Source: an uncultured Candidatus Micrarchaeota archaeon (GTDB lineage: Archaea; Micrarchaeota; Micrarchaeia; Anstonellales; Bilamarchaeaceae). Taken from it: DNA of 64,000 bases. The DNA is taken from the NCBI GenBank assembly GCA_963714085.1, contig OY970229.1, positions 632,392 through 696,391 on the forward strand. Direction: 5' to 3'. The notes under the pieces are model-generated. The model saw nothing but the letters and a program-made list of their open reading frames with translations, had not been told where the DNA came from and ran no database searches. The translations under genes were made by a program, and so were the position numbers. Below, piece after piece: positions 37,513-45,109 of this stretch; the first letter of the stretch is position 1, and the number at the start of each line of letters is the position of its first letter.

Positions 37513-38598
37513 TCATATCACCTTGGTCACCATTCTCATCAGCGTGTACGGGTCTCCGCCCAGCAGGGTCATCATGTAGCGCACGAAGGCGAGCGTGAGG
37601 AAGAGAGCGACGAGGGGCTGCAGTATGAGGCCTATGTAGGCCTGCGAGAGCTGGTCGCTGATACGGGCGAAGCTGAGCGACTGTGTCGCGGCGCCCGCGG
37701 TGTTGGTGGACACCATCGCCACCGCTGCGCTGAGCGTGGGATAGCAGAGCTGCTGCGCCAGGACCTGCGGGCTCCCCATGACCGGGGGCGAGTCCACCTT
37801 CACGAAGCCCGGGTCCAGAAGCACGAAGAAGACCGGGAACAGGAAGAAGAGCCCGACGCCGAGCGAGATGAACAGCGCGCCCGCGCCCCTCGTGAACTGG
37901 AACGAGCGGAGCAGTATGCCCAGCGGTATGAACATCGTCAGCATGGTGTTCTTCACGTAGAGCACCAGGAAGGACTGGGCGTCCAGCCCTATGAGCAGCA
38001 CCGTGGCGAGGTTGTTCGATATGCGTATGGACTCTGTCTCCTGGAACATGCTGCCTATCCAGTCGCCCCTGAACACTGTGATCCCGAAGAACGATACCTG
38101 CATGTTGAGCAGGTTGAAGTCCAAGGCGCTGCCGCTGACGATGGCGTCCTGGATCTTCGCTATGGCCATCGCCTTCTCCTGGAGCCTGCACTGCACTATC
38201 GCGAGCATATCCTGGAAGGATTGCGTTGCGACCTGGTCCGAGGTATCGGACGGGCCATTTATGTTTCCGGCCATGACCGGCATCTGCGTGCCGCCGCATG
38301 TGACGTAGGAGCTGCTGCTCCCCAGGACGCCGGCCACGAACGAGCCCGCGCCGGTGACGATGGTGGCGCCGCCGATGAGACACATCGCCATCAGGGCGGT
38401 TGCGATCGCCTGGAGTATCTCGGATTCGGCGTAATGCTCCAGCTCGGTCATTTTGAATGCCTTGGCGAACGCGATGAACAGGGCGTAGATGGTGACGGCT
38501 ATCAGCGTGGCGAGTATGCACATGGGGAGCCAGCTGGCCCAGCTCCCGAAGAAATCCATGGCGTCAAGCAGCGGCATAACAGGCAACATAGTCATCAC
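37513..38598 (-). CDS. Polytopic membrane protein, paralog F of a six-member tandem family
   Basis: 361 aa. Motifs HYAESEILQAIAT, GILLRSFQFTRGAGALFISLGVGLFFLFP, and C-terminal LLGGDPYTLMRMVTKVI. ATGA overlap with the upstream paralog. Confidence 0.8.
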   Translation of the reverse strand: MMTMLPVMPLLDAMDFFGSWASWLPMCILATLIAVTIYALFIAFAKAFKMTELEHYAESEILQAIATALMAMCLIGGATIVTGAGSFVAGVLGSSSSYVTCGGTQMPVMAGNINGPSDTSDQVATQSFQDMLAIVQCRLQEKAMAIAKIQDAIVSGSALDFNLLNMQVSFFGITVFRGDWIGSMFQETESIRISNNLATVLLIGLDAQSFLVLYVKNTMLTMFIPLGILLRSFQFTRGAGALFISLGVGLFFLFPVFFVLLDPGFVKVDSPPVMGSPQVLAQQLCYPTLSAAVAMVSTNTAGAATQSLSFARISDQLSQAYIGLILQPLVALFLTLAFVRYMMTLLGGDPYTLMRMVTKVI

Positions 38599-39770
38599 AC
38601 CATCTGGAGCAGCCTGCTCAGGTCTATCTCCTCACCGTAAATCCTCGCCAGGTAGTTCACCGAGGCCAGTGCCGCGAGCAGCGCGGCGGTCGGCAGGAAC
38701 ACTCCGGCTATGAACGCGTAGGCCGCGAATGCTATCGCCCCCGCGGCGTTATCGACGCCGCCCGGGAAATATAACTTCTCGAAGTAGGCCGCCCCGCTGC
38801 TCAACGCGGCCGCCGTGGATGCGCCCAGCGCGCTGGCGCCGGCATTGTTGGGGAACACGTTCTCGTCCAGGAAGGGCGCCACATTCTGAGGCGGGCTCAG
38901 CAGCACGTCCGTCATCATCCCGAGTATCGCGAGCATGAGGGGGTATATCACCATGAACGAGAGGGCCAGGGCTATGAGCAGGGAGCCGAAGGAGCGCATG
39001 TAGGGCATGGAGCGCATGAATATGGCGAACGGGAGCAGGAACAGCACGAATCCCTTGTATATGAACATCAGTATGAACAGGAAATTGAGCGTCGTAAGGT
39101 ATGCGACGAGGGTGCTGTTGAAGAACAGGTTGAGGGGGCCCATGACCGAGGAATAGGCGCCGAGGGCCGGGCCCTGGGTGCCGGAATAGGAGAAGAAGCA
39201 GCCCCACCCTATTGCCGGGATCGTGAAGACCCCGAAGACGCTTATCGGCGGCTGCCTCAGGTCGCAGCTGAACATGCTTATCTGGCTCAGGATGGTGAAG
39301 GCCTCGAGATGGTAGCGCACCATCATGAGCGCGGTATGGCTGTAGATCAGCGTATTGGTGAGGTACGCCTGCGCCGCGGAGTACACCGAGCCGGAGTAGT
39401 CCGAACCGATGGGCACCCCGAATATGGACGCCACGTCGCCCATGTTTATCGCGCAGAAGGAGTCCACCAGGAAGAGCAGGAGCGCCACTGAGGCCACGGA
39501 CATGAGTATCTGGATTATCTCCCCTTTGGCCCAGACGGTCACCTTGGGATTGCTTATGATCTGGCCTATGTAATAGCCGAACACTATGATCATTATGCCG
39601 GCCGCGCTTGCGATCGCGCATATGTCCAGTATCGGTCCGTTGAGGATCGTGTCGAATCCCGGGGAGCACACCTCGGTCCCTTCGATCGGCGGCGTAGCCG
39701 GTGGCACGGCCGCGTGCAGGGCGCTTATCAGCAGGAGGAGGAACGCGAGGAGGAGGATGTGTTTCGCCAT
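38595..39770 (-). CDS. Polytopic membrane protein, paralog E
   Basis: 391 aa. Signal peptide MAKHILLLAFLLLLISALHA. Motifs TVWAKGEIIQILMS, AIFMRSMPYMRSFGSLLIALALSFMVIYP, and C-terminal IYGEEIDLSRLLQMV. Confidence 0.8.
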   Translation of the reverse strand: MAKHILLLAFLLLLISALHAAVPPATPPIEGTEVCSPGFDTILNGPILDICAIASAAGIMIIVFGYYIGQIISNPKVTVWAKGEIIQILMSVASVALLLFLVDSFCAINMGDVASIFGVPIGSDYSGSVYSAAQAYLTNTLIYSHTALMMVRYHLEAFTILSQISMFSCDLRQPPISVFGVFTIPAIGWGCFFSYSGTQGPALGAYSSVMGPLNLFFNSTLVAYLTTLNFLFILMFIYKGFVLFLLPFAIFMRSMPYMRSFGSLLIALALSFMVIYPLMLAILGMMTDVLLSPPQNVAPFLDENVFPNNAGASALGASTAAALSSGAAYFEKLYFPGGVDNAAGAIAFAAYAFIAGVFLPTAALLAALASVNYLARIYGEEIDLSRLLQMV

Positions 39771-40748
39771 TCAGACCACCCTCGACAGCGCGCTCACGTC
39801 GACCTCCGCTCCGGCGAGCGAGGTTATGGCCCTTATGCCAGCGCTCATCATGAGCACCGCGACGACGGGGCCCAGCGTGGCTTTCACGAATATCAGGTAC
39901 ATGTAGGACTTTATCGCGGTCCTGAGCGAATTGTACACTTTTATGGCGGCGTCCGAATTGCCGTCACCGACGTCGCCCGGCGTGCATGAGGGGCTGATGC
40001 CGCTCAGGCTCCCGCTCCCGGGCTGGTAGCCGGCCGCGTCCGGGCTGGCCAGGAACGACTTGCCGAGTATGTCAACGAAGACTATGCCCATGGGCAGCAG
40101 GAGGTAGAGGGAGATGGCCAGCGCGATGAGGAAGCCGCCCGCGCCGCGCGTGAACCTGAAGGTGCGCAGCACGATGCCCAGCGGCAGGATCAGGTTCAGC
40201 CCGTAATTGACCGCGATGTCTATCAGCCGGTAGGCCGCGTTCAGCTCGCCCAGCGCGAAGCCCATGATGGTGCCTGCCAGCGAGAACGGGCCCGCGAGCA
40301 TGGAGAACCCGCCGCATCCGGACACGGAGTATCCTATGCCCTGGAGGTTGCAGGAGAGCATCTGGGAGCCCTGTATGCCCGCGTTCTTGTCCACCGCGCG
40401 CACGTCGTCATATGCCGAGGACAAGTCGGTTATGGAGGTGTTCAGGCTGTCGAGGGCGGCCAGCTGCAGCGTGGGCGCTCCCTGGGTGAGGTCCGAATTC
40501 GTTGACAGCCCGTCTATGAAACTGTTCGCGCCGTAGAAGACCGCGATCATGATGGCGAGCGCGATGAGCTGGTAGACCTCGTCCTTGGCCAGCGCGGTGA
40601 GGGCGTCGACGCCGAAGCCGAACCCTATCATGTACACCACCGCGACCAGTATGAGGGATGTGAGGATGGCCAGGGCTGCCGTGTCCTGCCATGCGGCGAA
40701 GCTGGCGGACACCAGCAGGAACAGCGCCAGCAATGCCTTTCCCTTCAT
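39771..40748 (-). CDS. Polytopic membrane protein, paralog D
   Basis: 325 aa. Signal peptide MKGKALLALFLLVSASFA. Motifs LAKDEVYQLIAL, GIVLRTFRFTRGAGGFLIALAISLYLLLP, and C-terminal LAGAEVDVSALSRVV. Confidence 0.8.
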   Translation of the reverse strand: MKGKALLALFLLVSASFAAWQDTAALAILTSLILVAVVYMIGFGFGVDALTALAKDEVYQLIALAIMIAVFYGANSFIDGLSTNSDLTQGAPTLQLAALDSLNTSITDLSSAYDDVRAVDKNAGIQGSQMLSCNLQGIGYSVSGCGGFSMLAGPFSLAGTIMGFALGELNAAYRLIDIAVNYGLNLILPLGIVLRTFRFTRGAGGFLIALAISLYLLLPMGIVFVDILGKSFLASPDAAGYQPGSGSLSGISPSCTPGDVGDGNSDAAIKVYNSLRTAIKSYMYLIFVKATLGPVVAVLMMSAGIRAITSLAGAEVDVSALSRVV

Positions 40749-40757
40749 AATATCGCC

Positions 40758-42890
40758 TCAGAATATCCTTGACATGCCCGGGATCTCCACGTCCCCGCCA
40801 AGCATCTCGGAGAGGGACTTTATCACTATGAGCGTCGCTGCTATGTTCAGCAGCGGAAGCAGGTAGGCCGGCCCCATGAACTTGGCCACAGACTGTATCT
40901 CCTGCGCGCCGACCATGCCCTCGGCCCCTATCTGGGTATACGCGCCGGACGTCTTGGACGGCCCGCTGTCCGAAGGCGCGCACAGGTTCGTGCATTCGGT
41001 GTCTATCGGAGGGTTGTAGGTGTACGACTCCTGGCTGGTCGCGCACGTGTCGCATGAGCTGTAAGGCACCTGCACCCGATAATCCAGGGGGCAGCTCGTG
41101 GGGGAGCAGTCCTCGTGTATAACCCAAAAGTCGAAGTCAGTGAGGTATAGGGCCGGGAGGTTCGTGCCGATTATCCTCATATCCTCCGGGCAGGTGCTGC
41201 AATTGATGCTGTCCGTGGGGGCCTTCGCCTCTATGGCGGCCAGCGGCACCTTGCACGTGTCAGGGCATTGCTTGCACGAGACGCCGTCCTCGCTGTCATT
41301 GCTGCAGTATTCCGGGAGTATCTTCGACATGTCGGACGTGCCGTTGTTCATCCTGCACTCCTCCGGGCATCCGGTGCACAGGTCGTCGCACGAGCCGAAA
41401 TTGGGCATCACCCAGACGCAGCTCTGGTTCGCGTCCAGGCTCGCGATGCAGTCCTTGGGATACGTGTTGCAGCGGCTGGCGTTCGCGACGCTCGGGTCCA
41501 CGGAGGGCCTCCAACTCAGGTCGCTCACCTCCGCCACCCTGCAGTCGAACCTCGACTGCAGGCAGTTGCCTCCTGACTTGTTCCCGTTATTGGCGTTCAG
41601 ATCGCAGTCGCTCCTCAGCGGCGGGACTATCTTGCACTCGCTGGGGCATGCGGCCGCCTCGGTGGTGTTGATATGCACGATTATGCGGGTCACCTTGCAT
41701 TCCGCTGGAAGCGCCGCGCATGCGAACTGCTGGGTGTAGTTCGCGCACAGGTTGGAGCCTGCCGGGTAGGGAAGATCCCTGCAGGAGCGGTCGCAAGCAA
41801 TGTCACACTGACCGTTTCCTCCGCAGCTCGGATCGGTTATATGCACGGTCCAGTTCTCGCAGGAGGTCACGTTTACGCCGGAGTTGTTGAGCATGGAGTG
41901 GGTGTTGCCGAGTATGAGGTCCCTGACGGCGTCTGTCTGCGAGTCGTCGAACAGGGCGTATACCTGCGTGGTGGTGTTCAGGGCCACCGTCTCGCCGCCC
42001 TGCTTGTAAAAGGCGATCGGAGCCACGTAGCTGCATTCCGCTGGGCAGAAGCTGGGGAGCGTACTGCTCGCGTCCCCGGTTATCGTCATGTCGAGGCTCA
42101 TCCAGTCGAAGATGTACATGGCCGGGAAGAAGAACATCACTCCCACGGCGATTGCTATGAGGAGGCCGCCTACCTTGCGCGATATGAAGAACGACCGCGC
42201 CACTATGCCCAGCGCGAGAAGGAGCGGCGCGACCTTGAAGCATATCTCGCTCACGAAGAATACCTGGGAGTATAGCGAGGACAGCACGCCCTGGTAGTAC
42301 TCGAAGACCAGGCCGTACCTGTCGGCATCCAGTATGTAATTGGCCCAGAGCGACCATGTCACCCCGGCCTCCGCGCACCATACCGAGTAGCAGTAGATCC
42401 CGAAGCGCCTGTTCGCCCAAGCGGTGGCCACCAGGTCCTGGTGCAGCACGTTCTTCGCACCGTCCTGCGCGATTCCTATGTAGTCGCTCAGGTAGGCGTT
42501 CGCGGTCTTGTTCAGGCAGTTCTCGCCGGGGACGCAGTGGAGGCCTCCTATGCCGGAGGCGTTCACCATGGTCATGGTCGTGACATCCATGAGCGCGACT
42601 ACGCCTATGAGCGCGATCACGATGATCGCGTTCGCGAACACCTGGCCAAGCTCGCTCCTAGCCCAGGCCTGCATCTCGGGCAGCTCGAATCCTATACCCA
42701 CCATGTAGCCGATGCCCACGAGCACGGTGGATAACACGAGGGCGATCACCGAGATGGACTGCCAGTTGTTGAACAGCTCGAACGCGGAGCTGGACGGAGC
42801 CTGCTGCACGACCTGGGTGACGTTCTGGGCGAGCGCCGTGGCTGATAGCAGCAGAAGGACGATCGCCAGCGTGAGTCTGTGCTTCATCAT
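40758..42890 (-). CDS. Polytopic membrane protein, paralog C, with a ~360-aa Cys-rich ectodomain insertion
   Basis: 710 aa. Signal peptide MMKHRLTLAIVLLLLSATALA. Motifs AWARSELGQVFAN, GIVARSFFISRKVGGLLIAIAVGVMFFFP, and C-terminal MLGGDVEIPGMSRIF. The insertion carries CPAEC, LPAEC, CPSEC, CPEEC, CPDTC and CPED motifs. Confidence 0.8.
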   Translation of the reverse strand: MMKHRLTLAIVLLLLSATALAQNVTQVVQQAPSSSAFELFNNWQSISVIALVLSTVLVGIGYMVGIGFELPEMQAWARSELGQVFANAIIVIALIGVVALMDVTTMTMVNASGIGGLHCVPGENCLNKTANAYLSDYIGIAQDGAKNVLHQDLVATAWANRRFGIYCYSVWCAEAGVTWSLWANYILDADRYGLVFEYYQGVLSSLYSQVFFVSEICFKVAPLLLALGIVARSFFISRKVGGLLIAIAVGVMFFFPAMYIFDWMSLDMTITGDASSTLPSFCPAECSYVAPIAFYKQGGETVALNTTTQVYALFDDSQTDAVRDLILGNTHSMLNNSGVNVTSCENWTVHITDPSCGGNGQCDIACDRSCRDLPYPAGSNLCANYTQQFACAALPAECKVTRIIVHINTTEAAACPSECKIVPPLRSDCDLNANNGNKSGGNCLQSRFDCRVAEVSDLSWRPSVDPSVANASRCNTYPKDCIASLDANQSCVWVMPNFGSCDDLCTGCPEECRMNNGTSDMSKILPEYCSNDSEDGVSCKQCPDTCKVPLAAIEAKAPTDSINCSTCPEDMRIIGTNLPALYLTDFDFWVIHEDCSPTSCPLDYRVQVPYSSCDTCATSQESYTYNPPIDTECTNLCAPSDSGPSKTSGAYTQIGAEGMVGAQEIQSVAKFMGPAYLLPLLNIAATLIVIKSLSEMLGGDVEIPGMSRIF

Positions 42891-42891
42891 G

Positions 42892-43854
42892 TCACCCTAG
42901 TGCCCGCAATGCTTTGTTAGTTGCAGCGATGAAGGTTATGAACATTGCCATTGTGAGGTTCGGCAGGAAGAACGCCTGCGGTATCAGCCTCCCCACGTTC
43001 CAGAACCCGTAGGTGGCGCAGCCCGGGCCGAACACGAAATCGTTGACGCCGGCGGCGAACGTGCTGCAGTTCTGGCCCATTATGTCGTACATGGACAGGT
43101 TGAACGCGTACATGAAGGGCACGAGCACGTAGAGCCCCACAGCCACGGCGATGAGCATGTTGCCCATGTTGCGGAAGGGGGGTATCACCCTGAAGAGGAA
43201 CGCTATGGGCAGCACCCAGGTTATCACGTTGCTGTTTATGAATTCCAGGACCATCTTCTGCATGTTGATGCTGATGAGCGCGGGCAGCACGAAGCTGTTC
43301 ATCACCATGTCGTACTGCTGGGCATGCACCTTGAGGTAGCTGTCCGCCACCGCGGTGTACGCGTCCATCAAGGGAATCTGGACCGTGAATGCGAATGTGG
43401 ACTGCATCATGAGCTGTATGTTCTGGTTGATGTAGTACTGGGCGATGTTGTCCGCGTCGTCCTGCGCCATTTTGATGTAGCACATGGAGGTCGCGTTCAT
43501 GTTGCCTTGCACGTAGCACGAGAGGGTCCCCATCTTGGACATTGTGGAATCGAAGAAATAGTTCATGGTCTGGCAGGAGACGAGCAGTATGCCGGAGAAG
43601 CCGATGAGCAGCAGGATCGAGAAGAACAGATGGTAGAGCTCGTCCTTTGCCAGCACGGTGAGCCCGGAGTTGCTCGTGATGCTGCCGCCCGCGTACGCGA
43701 CCGCGATTATCATCACCGTCAGGCTGAATGCCGCGACTATCGCCGCCCCCTGGCCGTTCACCGGATCCAGTATCGCCTGGGTGGCATTGCCTATGCAGGA
43801 CGATGCGGAGAACACCGCGGGCATCAGGAGAAGGAGCAGCAGCAGGCGCCTCAT
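42892..43854 (-). CDS. Polytopic membrane protein, paralog B
   Basis: Start at MRRLLLLLLLMPAVFSASSC (comp. 43852-43854), overlapping the paralog A stop by 1 nt. Motifs LAKDELYHLFFS and AFLFRVIPPFRNMGNMLIAVAVGLYVLVP. Confidence 0.75.
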   Translation of the reverse strand: MRRLLLLLLLMPAVFSASSCIGNATQAILDPVNGQGAAIVAAFSLTVMIIAVAYAGGSITSNSGLTVLAKDELYHLFFSILLLIGFSGILLVSCQTMNYFFDSTMSKMGTLSCYVQGNMNATSMCYIKMAQDDADNIAQYYINQNIQLMMQSTFAFTVQIPLMDAYTAVADSYLKVHAQQYDMVMNSFVLPALISINMQKMVLEFINSNVITWVLPIAFLFRVIPPFRNMGNMLIAVAVGLYVLVPFMYAFNLSMYDIMGQNCSTFAAGVNDFVFGPGCATYGFWNVGRLIPQAFFLPNLTMAMFITFIAATNKALRALG

Positions 43855-45059
43855 CACACAAACCTCTGTATCCCGGCTAGATACCATTCGCCGCCGAGCG
43901 CAGTCGAGATGCTGCGCGCCCCGGACATGGTTATTATCGCTATCACTATGGTGTCGAGGTAGCTGAGCAGGATGGCGTTGTTAACGTTGCTCAGGAAGGT
44001 CACGAGCACTCCGAACGCCTGGTCAGTGTAGCCGACGCCCTCCCCGGCGAACGCGATCCAGGCCCCGAGGGCGGTGTCGTAGCTGACCTGCAGGCCTATC
44101 ATGAGGAGGGGGTATACGACGTACTGCACCAGGTCCTGGCATGGCAGGAAGAATCCGGCTGTCCAGGGGGTCAGAAGGAGCGGCAGGCACACCACTATGG
44201 AGAAGAGGAGGTCGTTGAGCGAGAGGAGCACGCGTATGGGCATGAGCTCGCAGAACGGCTGCGCCACGGTCATCGCCCACGTGCCCGGGTCCAGCTGGTC
44301 CAGCTGGGAGCTGGTCAGGTATGCCTTCGGATAGTCGATGACCTTGTTCGTCTCTCCGATCAGGATGACCGAGAACGGCACGAGCACCATGCCCGCGAGG
44401 CAGATGGCGACCAGCGTGTTCCCGGTTTTCCGCGTGAACGGGATCATGCGGAGGGAGAGCGAGACGGGCAGCAGCACCGCGGGCACGGCAGTGGCGCAGA
44501 ATTTGAGGATGAACAGCAGGCCCTCGTAGATGAAGATGCTGTTCGCGATGCCGCTGGTCGCTGAGGTGAGCGAGGAGAAAAGCGGGGCCACGCCGCCCAG
44601 CGGGGACGTCGAGTATGTCAGGCCCACTACGTACAGGGGGACGCTGATGTATGGGGAATACGTCGCAGCGGCCCTTATCTTGGTCGCGGCCCTTATGATG
44701 TCGTCGAACGACCGGTCCAACCCGGTCGTCTGGTTAGTCATGAGGTTGGTTATGACGTCCTGCGAAGCGGTCAGGTAATCTCCCTGACCGGTTATCGCCT
44801 TCGTCAGGCTCGTGGAGCCCACGAAGAACGCGTATATGAGCGCCGCGAGTATCACGCCGGCGATGAGCTCCCGGAGCTCGTTCTTGGACCAGGCCTCCAG
44901 CTGGGGCGATGAGACCGCGGTGGAGAGCATCATCATCAGTGCGAGGAATATGGCCACCAGCACGGCCGTGATCGGCACTATTGACGTGAAGTCGGGGCCG
45001 GATGCGAATGAGAGTCCGAGCACGATTAGCAATAGCAATAGGTGCCTGAACGGACGCAT
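43854..45059 (-). CDS. Polytopic membrane protein, paralog A (first gene of the operon)
   Basis: 401 aa. Signal peptide MRPFRHLLLLLIVLGLSFASG. Motifs AWSKNELRELIAG, LSLRMIPFTRKTGNTLVAICLAGMVLVP, and C-terminal ALGGEWYLAGIQRFV. Confidence 0.8.
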   Translation of the reverse strand: MRPFRHLLLLLIVLGLSFASGPDFTSIVPITAVLVAIFLALMMMLSTAVSSPQLEAWSKNELRELIAGVILAALIYAFFVGSTSLTKAITGQGDYLTASQDVITNLMTNQTTGLDRSFDDIIRAATKIRAAATYSPYISVPLYVVGLTYSTSPLGGVAPLFSSLTSATSGIANSIFIYEGLLFILKFCATAVPAVLLPVSLSLRMIPFTRKTGNTLVAICLAGMVLVPFSVILIGETNKVIDYPKAYLTSSQLDQLDPGTWAMTVAQPFCELMPIRVLLSLNDLLFSIVVCLPLLLTPWTAGFFLPCQDLVQYVVYPLLMIGLQVSYDTALGAWIAFAGEGVGYTDQAFGVLVTFLSNVNNAILLSYLDTIVIAIITMSGARSISTALGGEWYLAGIQRFV

Positions 45060-45079
45060 GCTAACATCTCCATGGTAAT

Positions 45080-45089
45080 GATTAAAATG
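45080..45089. promoter_or_regulatory. Single central AT-rich TATA-like element in the 50-bp divergent gap
   Basis: gattaaaatg is centred about 25 nt from both divergent start codons (comp. 45059 and 45110). Confidence 0.5.
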
Positions 45090-45109
45090 CTTGTTCCTGA
45101 TAGTTCATT

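Noticed and set aside
36545-38640. Very long ORFs (658 aa minus-strand, 556 aa plus-strand) overlapping the giant-protein and paralog F genes.
   Set aside because: They are off-frame or antisense to genes with coherent signal peptides, TM helices and family motifs. Their translations are Arg/His/Gly/Pro/Asp-rich strings typical of alternate frames in ~60% GC DNA.
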